From contig CAWCNS010000005.1 of NCBI GenBank assembly GCA_963796965.1, positions 768,001 through 832,000 of the forward strand: a DNA stretch of 64,000 nt, read 5' to 3'. Source of the DNA: Calditrichia bacterium (lineage in GTDB: Bacteria > Calditrichota > Calditrichia > JAJRVZ01). Made by a program: the position numbers and the translations under genes. Position 1 is the first letter of the stretch. Every line of letters begins with the position of its first letter. The notes beneath the pieces are model-generated. The model was not told the DNA's origin. It worked only from the letters and a program-made list of their open reading frames with translations, and did no database searches. Of this stretch, positions 41,614-51,522 are shown piece by piece.

Positions 41614-41921
41614 GCCCTGAAGGGGCATGAGCACTAACACAGGGTAACGCCCTGTGAATCTGGAATAATAAAAATCCAAGCCCTGAAGGGGCGAAAGCCT
41701 AATCCCCTACAAATACCACCCAATATTCATATAGTGATTTTTCAATTCTATCACCAATGAGGTTTTGTCGGTTTTTGGTACTAAATATTATATGTACATA
41801 AACTTTTGATAATGACTGTGGAATAATATTTCTTTTGCTTTCGCCCTTTCAGGGCTAATATATAATATGGATTTTATTCATAGGGCGTTGCCCTATGCTT
41901 TTGCTATTGCCCCCTTGGGGC
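41614..41921. mobile_element. Internally deleted IS200-family element flanked by GCCCTGAAGGGGC / AGGGC..GCCCT hairpin arrays
   Basis: Left: gccctgaaggggc, cacagggtaacgccctgtg, gccctgaaggggcg. Right: cgccctttcagggc, catagggcgttgccctatg, gcccccttggggc. Confidence 0.85.
41699..41824 (-). pseudogene. tnpA: IS200/IS605-family Y1 transposase (TnpA) N-terminal remnant
   Basis: Minus strand reads (I)PQSLSKVYVHIIFSTKNRQNLIGDRIEKSLYEY, then after a one-base slip GGICRGL. Start codon reads ATT and the rest is deleted. Confidence 0.85.
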
Positions 41922-44804
41922 ATTTAAATAATTATCATATCCTGTTTTATCCCGGGATGTAAAAACAGTTAAACCCTCTATATCAGGTTTTGGACCACCA
42001 CCTATCAGACTGATAAGGTATCCGGAAATAAAACAGGTAGAAACGCCGACGAAGGCATATAAATATACATGCGTATCTGTATAGGCTTGAACGAGGTACA
42101 GCACAATGGCACCGATGATTGCCCCCATGACCGCTCCTCTGCCCGTCGCTTTTTTTGTAAACATACCCAGCAAGAATAATCCGCCCAAGGAACCCCCAAA
42201 CAAACCGATAAAAGCAAAAAACTGATCAAGTAAGGATTTTATATCGGCAGATGCCAGGAGAAGGGCGAAACTTGTCCCTAAAACACCAATTAAAAAAGTA
42301 AACAGCCGGCCTAATTGTAAAAGTTTTTTTTCGGAACAACCGGGAGAATAGGGTTTTACAAAGTCGGTTACCGCTGCTGTTGCTGTGCTGTTCATACTGG
42401 TTGAGATGGTTGATTGGGCAGCAGCAAAAATACCAGCGACAATCAAACCAGCAACCCCGACCGGCAACTCCTGGATGATAAACAAAGGCATGATGGCATC
42501 GTTCTTTATCAGCGGGTCCAGATGAGCGGGATGTGTTTTATAAAAGACATACAAACCCGTACCCAATCCAAAAAACAACAACCCGGAAAACAGAGCGAGG
42601 ATGCCATTGGACCAGATGGAACGGGCAGCCAGTTTTTCGTTGGATGTGGTCATATAGCGCTGAACCACGGCCTGATCAGATGTGTAGGAAATCAGATTCT
42701 GAGCTAACGAACCCAAAATTAACACCCAGAAGGCAGGTGCGGCATAACTGCTCAAATCCCAGTCCCAGTTGATCATATGGAATTTATTATCGGCCCATGC
42801 TGTACTAAAGAAGGCCGCGACACCACCATCGATGCTAAAGATGGTTATCAGCAGGATCAGGGTAGCACCCCCCAAGAGGACAAAAGTCTGAACGGTATCA
42901 GTCCAGATAACCGCTTCCACCCCGCCCATAGTGCTGTAAATAACACTTAATACACCCATCACCAGAATGGCCTGTATTTCTGTAAAGGGGGTGATGGCGG
43001 CAAGAGCCAACGCCGAAAGGAACATGACAATGGCCATTCGTCCAATCTGGAAGAAAATGAACAGAGCACTACCAATCAATCGTGTTGCCCTGTTGAATCG
43101 TTTTTCCAGATATTCATAAGCAGAAGTGGCATCAATGCGGCGAAAGAAGGGCAAAACGAGGTAAATAACAAAAGCCGCCATGACAAAGATGGCCGGATAG
43201 CCTAGTAAGTATTCCCAGTTTGCAGCAAAGGCTTTCGCCGGAACAGACATATAGGTAATGGAGCTCAGCATGGTGGCAAAAATACTGCAGCCAGCCGCCC
43301 ACCAGGGTATCCGCTGGCCGCCCCGAAAATAATCATTTGTATCCTTATTCCGACGGGCAAAGTAGAAGCCTATGCCCAGCATTGATAGAAGGTAGACGCT
43401 GAGGACCGTAAAATTGAGCCAGCCAAATGACCGCGGAATAATCGGCAGGTTTACCCTCCAAATCCGATCCGTGCGGACACGTGGTTTTATCTCTCCACTG
43501 GGAATGATGAGTCCATCCTTATGGGGGATAGCCAGGGTCGTTACATGATTGAGAGGAGATTCTCCGGCATTTATCCAGGTATCGGTAATGGTATGATAGG
43601 CCCAGGATGTTTTTGGAAATCCAGGGTGATTTTCTTTTAAGACTTATCGGTCTGATGGACAAGTGATCCGTCCGCGCCACCCAGGATGAAAAGATGGCTT
43701 TGCCCCATCGCCCCCCCCGGTCCGGCCATCACACATACTGGTACATCGGCCCGCCGGCGCCAGGGTTGGGAACCGTTTTCAAATAGTGAGGGATTAAATT
43801 CATAGACATCCGTTAAAAAGTCATAGCTATCCGGATTGGACAAATCACTGAGTTTGCGGCCACTAAGAACATAGATACAATTATCTATCCCATTATGTTG
43901 AGCAACGGTGATATTAAAAGCACGTGCAGGACCCGGCCAGGGGGGTAATTCCTGCCATTGGAAAGAGCCCCAATATTTTTTTCTGATCTTGCGCACCAAT
44001 TGGATCTTCGTCAGATCATTATTATATGTTATCTTTAATTCCGAGGCAATCTTCGTCAAAAGGGATCGATCCATATCCGGTAAAAAAGACATTAATGAAT
44101 CACTTTTCTGCAATGCAGTTATTAGGGAAGATCGGTTAGCGCCGGCGTTTATTGATATTCCTCTCCGGGAAATCATTGCTTTTAAATAATCGATGGTCAA
44201 TGATTCATAGACTGGAAGCTGGTCCAGATTTAACATCCAGAAATTAGTCTGGGCAGTTTCAAGTCCGGCAGCAGATTGCCCACCGGCAAGATAGACTTTA
44301 TTGTTCAGGATAGTAGCATATCCATGGGCACAGGATTGTGGTAAAGGAGGTAAGTGCTGTTTTCTGATTTGACGATTTTCCTGATCCCACTTGAGAAGAA
44401 ATACAGAATCATAGAACTGATTGGCATCCCTTCCTCCCATGCAAAGTACACCGAATTCCGTATTGACAGCAGCGCCATAGGCAAAATACCGGTCCAACGT
44501 AAAATCCTGGATCCAGGATCGGGTATCGGGAGAACTGAGATTTTCTAATACATATATCCGATCATGATATTCTTTATTGGTGTTCCAGACAGGCTTTGGA
44601 AAATTAGCACCCCCGGCAACAATCAGGGCATCGTTATGAATGCCGGCAAAGGGCCCGGCCACACCCAATTGGCTATCCTCTCCTACCAGCGGGGATAAGG
44701 CAGGTAGGGATTCCCACTGTAAATGGGGTTTTTCACCCCCAAACAGAGGGATAGCAATGAAAGAGAAACAGAAGTACTATGATACATCTTTGATTTATTA
44801 TCAT
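41904..44804 (-). CDS. Kelch-repeat (NanM-like) domain fused to a sodium:solute symporter (sialic-acid transporter-like); frameshifts near 43640 and 44730
   Basis: Kelch motifs LIVAGGANFP, VYLAGG, WPGPAR. The segment 43383-43636 (HPGFP...SGEIKPRVRT...FGWLNF) is in frame with the SSS ORF (DYFRGGQRIPWW, SAYEYLEKRF, VIWTDTVQ, DQAVVQRY). Confidence 0.85.
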
Positions 44805-44829
44805 TTAATCTGTTATTTCATATTTTTTT

Positions 44830-44935
44830 TGTCCACGAATTCTCTAACGTTAATTTTCACTGATTAAAAATATTATATCTGATTATTTATATATTTTAAT
44901 GCCAAATTCGTGTTAATTCGTGAAATTCGTGGACA
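44830..44935. repeat. CACGAATT-family inverted repeat
   Basis: tgtccacgaatt ... aattcgtgttaattcgtgaaattcgtggaca. Confidence 0.85.
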
Positions 44936-44960
44936 TATTTTTTTATCAGACAAGTCAGGT

Positions 44961-45866
44961 TTACCTGGCCCAGTCAAAAAAGCCTATATCCTCAAGATCT
45001 TTCTGCAATGCACTTATTTCCTGTTCGGATAGATTATCATGGGGCAGGCGGTTCGGACCGCATTCCGCGCCAATCATCTTCATCACCGCCTTAAATGCCG
45101 GCTGGGCACCGTATTTGACCATGGTGCGGATCATTTTAATGGCGCGGGCCTGAAATTCTCGCGCTTTTTTTATATCGTTAGTATCAAAGGCGTCAATTAT
45201 TTTATTATACAAAGGTGCCGCAAAATTAAAGGTACTCCCTACTGCTGCCTTGGCTCCGGCGATTAAACCATAAAGAAGCTGCTCATCACAGCCATAAAAG
45301 ATCTCGTATTTCCCCTCCTGATATTCCACACATTCCTGCAGTCCAAAAACAGTCATCGCCGTATACTTAATACCTCTGATCGTGGGAATCTGTGTAGAAG
45401 CGTGGATCAAGAATTCATACATATCTAAATCAACATGTGTCAATTTGGGAATATGATAATAGTAAAAGGGAAGATTGGGCGCACTGTCGGCAATCCGGGC
45501 CATACAATCGACAAGCACCTCCACCGAGCCAATGTCAAAATAATTGGGCGGTATGGCAGCAACAGCATCAGCGCCGGCTGACTGGGCATGGTCAGCCAGA
45601 TCCGCCGCGTCATGTAAGGCCTGATGCCCCACCTGAACAATAATGGGAATCCGGCCATTAACAGTCTTAATAAATTCTTCCGTTACTAATTTGCGTTCTT
45701 CGGTAGTAAGCATCGGCCCCTCTCCCGTGCTGCCACAGACATAAAAAGCACAGGCCTTTTCTTTGATCAATTGTTCAGTAAGTCGTGCGATTTTATCCAA
45801 CGCCAAGGATTGATCGTCATTCATAGGGGTAAAAACAGCAGGAATAAGTCCTTTTAAACGCTCCAT
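44961..45866 (-). CDS. nanA: N-acetylneuraminate lyase (DHDPS/NAL family)
   Basis: GSTGEG, FYYYHIP, GIKYT Schiff-base lysine, GCDE, GSTFN; adjacent to the Kelch-SSS gene. Confidence 0.85.
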   Translation of the reverse strand: MERLKGLIPAVFTPMNDDQSLALDKIARLTEQLIKEKACAFYVCGSTGEGPMLTTEERKLVTEEFIKTVNGRIPIIVQVGHQALHDAADLADHAQSAGADAVAAIPPNYFDIGSVEVLVDCMARIADSAPNLPFYYYHIPKLTHVDLDMYEFLIHASTQIPTIRGIKYTAMTVFGLQECVEYQEGKYEIFYGCDEQLLYGLIAGAKAAVGSTFNFAAPLYNKIIDAFDTNDIKKAREFQARAIKMIRTMVKYGAQPAFKAVMKMIGAECGPNRLPHDNLSEQEISALQKDLEDIGFFDWAR

Positions 45867-46082
45867 TCTTATCCTTCAATTTTAAGGGTTATAAAGACTC
45901 AGCACAGGAATCTTTTATCAATATTTTTTCTGGATTATGTTTCGAAGAGTTTTGCTAATACACCATTTTCTTACAAGCAAATAAAGAAATAAATTTATTG
46001 CATCGCAATTTGCTTGCCGTGTCCGCCTATTCTCACCTTGAATACGCGCCTACCTGAGGAATGGTGTACCTGTAAAAAAAAT

Positions 46083-46133
46083 GTAGAGACGTCGTCCCTC
46101 GAAAACCAGGTTTTCAACCGGTGGGACGTCTCC
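46083..46133. repeat. REP-like palindrome with GTAG foot and an inserted hairpin
   Basis: gtagagacgtc...gaaaaccaggttttc...gggacgtctcc; same family as 20030. Confidence 0.75.
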
Positions 46134-46290
46134 TTATTAATTTATAGATAATGATCATAAATTTACATTATTTACCTAAAAGATTAAACAAATTTTTGGG
46201 ATAGTTCTTGCGTATAATGTCTGTACTACCAAACTACCAGAATTTTTGCTGATTCAACACAAATAAGGGTATATAGTAAATAAGGTTCCC

Positions 46291-46353
46291 TATTACTACG
46301 CAAAAGGCGTTTGTATCACTATAATAATATTCTTCAAACCGTATACTCCGTTT
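46291..46353 (-). pseudogene. Probable decayed REP-associated tyrosine transposase (RAYT) N-terminus
   Basis: KRSIRFEEYYYSDTNAFCVVI aligns without gaps to the RAYT-like pattern RRSIRLxGYDYSxxGAYFVTI (from memory); lies ~160 nt from a REP. Confidence 0.45.
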
Positions 46354-46636
46354 GCTGTAAATCGAACTTCGGTACCGGTATGTGGAAGATGATGTGTTTG
46401 TATATATTGTTTCAAATAATGGTGATGTGTCTGCTATTGATCAAAGTGGCATTATTTTAAGAACTATTTTTAAATAAATAAATTCTTTAAAACTGACGAT
46501 CCCCTCTGAAAGCATCGTGGAATTTTGCCAGTTTTATTTCGACACTAATGTCAAAACAGAATTCCATTTAATTACCTCTCCTCTCACCTTTTCCTACTCA
46601 AACAACCCACTTACATGAACAATATAACCGACAATT

Positions 46637-46677
46637 TGCAATTTATATTTGACTTTATGCAATATATATATTACTAT
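46637..46677 (+). promoter_or_regulatory. Sigma70-type promoter overlapped by two operator-like repeats
   Basis: TTGACT(46649)-N17-TACTAT(46672); repeats tgcaatttatatttgact and tgcaatatatatattact, 21 nt apart. Confidence 0.7.
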
Positions 46678-46683
46678 TATGCC

Positions 46684-46881
46684 ATGGAAAACATGAAATT
46701 AAAAATTGCCCGTGTTGAGAATGGTCTTTCTCAACAAGATCTTGCTGATCAGGTTGGTGCCACCCGGCAAACCATTGGATTGATTGAAAAAGGTAAATAC
46801 AATCCAACGCTTAATTTATGCACAAAGATTGCAAAAACTTTAAACAAAACATTGGATGATCTTTTTTGGGAGGAAAGATGA
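46684..46881 (+). CDS. XRE/Cro-family helix-turn-helix regulator
   Basis: LKIARVENGLSQQDLADQVGATRQTIGLIEKGKYNPTL. Confidence 0.93.
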   Translation: MENMKLKIARVENGLSQQDLADQVGATRQTIGLIEKGKYNPTLNLCTKIAKTLNKTLDDLFWEER

Positions 46882-47360
46882 CTAATAAAAAACCGATTTT
46901 CAATATGGATGAACGAAATAAACAGATCGCCTATCAGGTCATTGCTGTTATGTATTTTCTGACGATTATTGCCATGCAGGCAGTTGTCATCTATCGACAA
47001 TTTGCCCTGGGACAGGCGCTTAGTGATTTTGAGGATTTTGCTATCATTATGACAGTTAATTCTTTGTTTTTAATTTGCGCCCTCCTTTATTTTGGTGCAA
47101 TCCCCATTCAAAAGATAAAGATTAAAAGTATTTTATTCGGGTATGGTGCAATAATCGTATTAGGAAGCGTATTCACTTACACCAAATATAATATATTTCA
47201 AAGTCCAGGCTTATCCTTTTCGCAATTGCTTGATAAACTCATCATCATTTTCTCAGTAAGCGGGATTATTGTACTATTTTTCGTACTCTTTTCATTTCTA
47301 GGAAAAAGAAAATTAGATAAAGAATTGGAAGATCGGTCGCAATCTGATGGATTTGAATAA
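46878..47360 (+). CDS. Membrane protein (DUF6773-like), translationally coupled to the XRE gene
   Basis: ATGA overlap; MDER motif followed by four TM segments. Confidence 0.7.
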   Translation: MTNKKPIFNMDERNKQIAYQVIAVMYFLTIIAMQAVVIYRQFALGQALSDFEDFAIIMTVNSLFLICALLYFGAIPIQKIKIKSILFGYGAIIVLGSVFTYTKYNIFQSPGLSFSQLLDKLIIIFSVSGIIVLFFVLFSFLGKRKLDKELEDRSQSDGFE

Positions 47361-47450
47361 TTGTGTGGTTTATTTGTATTTAGATATAATGAATCTAATA
47401 TTTTATTAAGCGTTTTTCTTTTTCCAGAAAACAAATGAAAGGGTTCTAAT

Positions 47451-48137
47451 ATGTCTCTCTACTTATATGAGCAGATCATGCTCCTGGCGCTGCGAGATAA
47501 AGAAGGTACGGTAAATCCAATGTCTCACTATCAGTTTGCCCTGGCTGGTGCAATCTTAGCAGATCTTTTATTGCATAAATTTGTACATATTGACAGAAGT
47601 AAGAGAAGGAAAATAGTTGAATTGGATAATTTCCAAATCTGTGGAGATAATATAATTGATGAGTGTCTAAGTAAACTTAAGAATGCCAATAGACGAGCAT
47701 CGATTGAGACCTGGATCCGTCGGTTTAGCTCTTTGAGGGACCTAAAACACCGTGTTGCCAGACAATTATGTGCGAAAGGAATTTTAAGAGCCGACGAGGA
47801 TACGATTCTATTAATATTCAGAAGGCGTATATACCCTGAACTTAATCCCGAACCAGAAAATAAAATTATCGATAAGATTCGTATGGCTATTATTGCTACT
47901 GACGAACATATAGATACAGAGGCAATAATTGTATTATCAATTGCAAAAAGCACAAATTTGATGAGTTCTATCCTCACTAGATCTGAGCAAAAGGAATATA
48001 AAGCAAGAATTAAGCATTTAATTAATGGTGAAATAACTGGCCAGGCGACAAAGGAGGCCGTCGAAGCCATGCAGGCAGCCGTGATAGTAGCCAGTATTAT
48101 GCCTGCCATTATCGCCTCGACAACCACCAGCACATAA
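47451..48137 (+). CDS. GPP34/GOLPH3-family protein
   Basis: LYEQIMLLALRDKEG, LAGAILADL, LCAKGIL, FRRRIYP, Ala-rich C-terminus. Confidence 0.85.
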   Translation: MSLYLYEQIMLLALRDKEGTVNPMSHYQFALAGAILADLLLHKFVHIDRSKRRKIVELDNFQICGDNIIDECLSKLKNANRRASIETWIRRFSSLRDLKHRVARQLCAKGILRADEDTILLIFRRRIYPELNPEPENKIIDKIRMAIIATDEHIDTEAIIVLSIAKSTNLMSSILTRSEQKEYKARIKHLINGEITGQATKEAVEAMQAAVIVASIMPAIIASTTTST

Positions 48138-48178
48138 TATTATAAATAAGTGTTAAATTCTTATTATTAGGAAAAGTT

Positions 48179-48550
48179 TTGACACCTCAGTTAACTATCA
48201 AAGACAACTACATTCTCATAAAATACAATGGAACTATCACCTTAGATCATATTCTCTTTGTCATTACTGAGGTTGAGAAAATTGAGAACCAACTTGATTA
48301 CAAGATTCACAGGCTTCATGATATGCGTGATAGCAATAATGCAGATATTAACTATGATAAAATGAGCGTTATCGTCAATAAGCGCAAACAGAACCTAGAA
48401 AAAATTCAGGGAACACGTGCAGCATTTGTCGTTACAGGACAATTACATTTTGGACTTTCAAGAATGTATCAAACAATGATGTCCGACATCGATCATGGTG
48501 TAGGGTTATTCTTTTCCAAAGAGGAGGCTACAAAGTGGCTTGCCTTATGA
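48179..48550 (+). CDS. Hypothetical protein, SpoIIAA/STAS-like
   Basis: LHDMR, RAAFVV, FGLSRMY, FFSKEEATKWL pattern. Confidence 0.6.
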   Translation: MTPQLTIKDNYILIKYNGTITLDHILFVITEVEKIENQLDYKIHRLHDMRDSNNADINYDKMSVIVNKRKQNLEKIQGTRAAFVVTGQLHFGLSRMYQTMMSDIDHGVGLFFSKEEATKWLAL

Positions 48551-48655
48551 TATGATTTAATACTGGAATTATTAAACTAAAATGTACATTTTACGTTAAA
48601 GACTATATCTAAACAGAGACGTAAATCACTTTAAAGATATAAAAGTGGATAGCAT

Positions 48656-49120
48656 ATGACCAGATCAATAAATGCATATATAATTTTATCATTTTTAATT
48701 TTTTTCAATAATTCTTGTGTGGAGGATCCAGGTCAATCCAATGGCGTCATTACTTTTATCTCTTCTCAGTCTTATGGATGTATCCAGGAAATACCCTTTG
48801 ATCAGATTTCAGATGAAGGAGTTCTCACCTGGCAGTGGGAACGGGGAACTCTTGGTCTTTTTGTACACGTGGATACGCATTGTGAGACAAATATGATCGA
48901 TAGCGTAAATGTCAAAGAAGACCTCATCACAATAATGCTTGAAGATACAGCCTCAGTGGAATCTAATTGCGCCTGCAAATTCAGAGAAACTTATTACTTT
49001 CGGGTTGACGCGTTTAATGAAGTTAAGGTTAAATGTCTTTTTAAATCCATAAGATCTGAATCATTTCTTCTGGTCATAGACCGTACCTTAATCTTGGAAG
49101 TAGAAAATACCGGTTTTTAA
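48656..49120 (+). CDS. Hypothetical lipoprotein
   Basis: Signal peptide with NSC lipobox; CACK motif. Confidence 0.6.
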   Translation: MTRSINAYIILSFLIFFNNSCVEDPGQSNGVITFISSQSYGCIQEIPFDQISDEGVLTWQWERGTLGLFVHVDTHCETNMIDSVNVKEDLITIMLEDTASVESNCACKFRETYYFRVDAFNEVKVKCLFKSIRSESFLLVIDRTLILEVENTGF

Positions 49121-49397
49121 TTTACTTTTTAAATACGGACCTGTACAGAAAAGATATTCCCAATTAGAAAGATATCTACCCATGAGTTTGTTGATCTCCG
49201 GTTGGAATTTTTTGATAAATTAAAATTACTAACTATTGTAAATTTGAACTATCGACTTTTGTCAGGACTAGTTGTTTATTAAGTAGTGATACTTTTTTGC
49301 ATTATATAAGAATTATATTTTATATTTTCCCACCATATATGTTAATACCCTATATAATTAATTATTCACATCACATCGTTTTAATAAAGGAGAAAAG

Positions 49398-49802
49398 ATG
49401 AAAACTATTTTCTTAATTGCTGCAATTTTGTCTCTGAGTTTACTTATCTCTTGCTCAAGCCAACCAAAGCTTATGCAAGCTGTAATCGAACCTGAATTAG
49501 CATCACCCGGTGCTTCAGCCAATGTACAAGTTGAATTTTCAGGCAATAAGAGTGAAATGAAAAATGTATATTTAACGGTACGTGAATACCCTTATGATTA
49601 TCCAATGATTGAGTTACTTCCAAATGACAAAAGTGACTCAAATTCATGGTCATTAGACATGCCGATCCCCTACGAGGCCTATCCAGGTGAATATCACTTA
49701 GATATAAATGCATTCCTGCAGGATGGCAAAGAGATTATCACAGAAGGATTTGAAGATAATAGTACCGGAAAAGCGGGTACCATTCTGCTGAAGGTAAAAT
49801 AG
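49398..49802 (+). CDS. Hypothetical lipoprotein (beta-sandwich-like)
   Basis: AGGAG RBS, LLISC lipobox. Confidence 0.7.
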   Translation: MKTIFLIAAILSLSLLISCSSQPKLMQAVIEPELASPGASANVQVEFSGNKSEMKNVYLTVREYPYDYPMIELLPNDKSDSNSWSLDMPIPYEAYPGEYHLDINAFLQDGKEIITEGFEDNSTGKAGTILLKVK

Positions 49803-49811
49803 ACCATCTTA

Positions 49812-51383
49812 ATGAAAAATACGCAACCAGTCGTTCTCATATTTATATTTATAATTTCATTTCTTAGTTGCACGTCCACCAAAGTAATTCCTGTCTTTAA
49901 AGATACAGTGGACCGTCCCCAGGTTGAGCGCGAATTTCGCGCTGCCTGGGTTGCAAGTGTGGCAAATATCAACTGGCCCAGTGAACCCGGATTAAGTACA
50001 GAAGAGCAGCAACAAGAAGCCCTATTTCTGCTTGATTTACTAAAATATCATAACTTCAATGCCGTCATTCTTCAGGTTCGTCCCCAATGTGATGCTTTAT
50101 ATCAAAGCAAGTTGGAGCCCTGGTCCTATTACTTAAGTGGTAAACAGGGTGAACCTCCAAATCCATTCTATGATCCACTCGAATTTTGGGTATATGAAGC
50201 ACATAAGCGGGGGTTAGAGTTACATGCTTGGTTAAACCCTTACCGTGCCCACCATAAAGCAGGCGGAGCGATATCAGACGTTTCTATCGTCAAGACCCGG
50301 CCGGATTTGGTTCTTGCCTTAAAATCCGGATATTGGTGGTTAGATCCCTCCAACCCGGGCACCCAGGATCATTCCCTGAATGTTGCTTTAGATATTGTAA
50401 AGCGGTATGACATAGACGGGCTCCATTTTGATGACTACTTTTATCCCTACCCTTCTTATCATGATGGTGAAGATTTCCCAGATGAAGAAAGTTGGCAAAA
50501 ATATCAGAATGAGGGGGGTACACTATCCCGCAATAATTGGCGCAGAGAAAGCGTAAATAAATTTATCAAACACTTATATCAAGCAATAAAAGATATTAAA
50601 CCTCATGTTAAGTTTGGCTTAAGCCCTTTTGGTATCTGGCGACCCTACCACCCCCCAACCATACGCGGATTCGACCAATATGATCAATTATATGCCGACG
50701 CACGTTTATGGCTAAACCAGGGATGGGTAGACTATTGGACACCACAACTCTACTGGCCGATTAGTCAGATTCCACAAAGTTTTCCGGTTTTACTCGGTTG
50801 GTGGATAGATGAAAATAAAATGGAGCGCCATATCTGGCCAGGAATAAACATCGGCAGGCCAAAGGGCCAGGAAGGAATCCTCGAAACATTCAATCAGATC
50901 ATGATTACCAGGGGTATGCTATCCGAGGCTCCTGGTTCCATACACTGGAGCATCGGACCACTTGTTTCTGATAGTGGCCTGGTTGAATCTCTTGTACAAG
51001 GCCCATACAAGGAACAAGCCAGAATCCCCTTTTCCCCCTGGTTAGATAACCAAAAACCAATTCCACCCACCGTTTTAACATCTATTCTAAATGATTCTTT
51101 GCATTTAACTTGGGAGACTAATGAGGTAGCATCAACCTCAAATTGGATACTCTATTACAGGTATGGTGAAAACTGGAATTATAAAATTTTGAGTAAGTAT
51201 GCCCAGAATTTTTCTTTGCCAATTTTGATAGAAGAGAAAAACCGTGCGCCCAAAAAAAATGAGAATGTAACAAAAAGTGGTGAATCCACCGCAACTTTCT
51301 TAAATGAAGTTGTTGTTACAAATGTGAATCGGTTTGGGAATGAGAGCAGTTGGGTCTCAAGTTGGCAATACCAAAATGAATAA
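49812..51383 (+). CDS. GHL10 / YddW(DigH)-like glycoside hydrolase lipoprotein
   Basis: EFRAAWVASVANINWPS, ELHAWLNPYRA, DGLHFDDYFYP, FGLSPFGIW, PQLYW. Confidence 0.9.
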   Translation: MKNTQPVVLIFIFIISFLSCTSTKVIPVFKDTVDRPQVEREFRAAWVASVANINWPSEPGLSTEEQQQEALFLLDLLKYHNFNAVILQVRPQCDALYQSKLEPWSYYLSGKQGEPPNPFYDPLEFWVYEAHKRGLELHAWLNPYRAHHKAGGAISDVSIVKTRPDLVLALKSGYWWLDPSNPGTQDHSLNVALDIVKRYDIDGLHFDDYFYPYPSYHDGEDFPDEESWQKYQNEGGTLSRNNWRRESVNKFIKHLYQAIKDIKPHVKFGLSPFGIWRPYHPPTIRGFDQYDQLYADARLWLNQGWVDYWTPQLYWPISQIPQSFPVLLGWWIDENKMERHIWPGINIGRPKGQEGILETFNQIMITRGMLSEAPGSIHWSIGPLVSDSGLVESLVQGPYKEQARIPFSPWLDNQKPIPPTVLTSILNDSLHLTWETNEVASTSNWILYYRYGENWNYKILSKYAQNFSLPILIEEKNRAPKKNENVTKSGESTATFLNEVVVTNVNRFGNESSWVSSWQYQNE

Positions 51384-51522
51384 TACATGACCTTACCCTT
51401 ATTATTGGAATTTATTTGATATTTTATAAGATCTCATCGTAAACTTCTAATGATTCACAATATATAAAAATTTAATTCTCACAGTAAGATACTGATTTTC
51501 CATTTTTTTAAAAGAATTATTT

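Noticed and set aside
47531..48133. 200-aa minus-strand ORF
   Set aside because: Antisense shadow of the GPP34 gene with no recognisable motif
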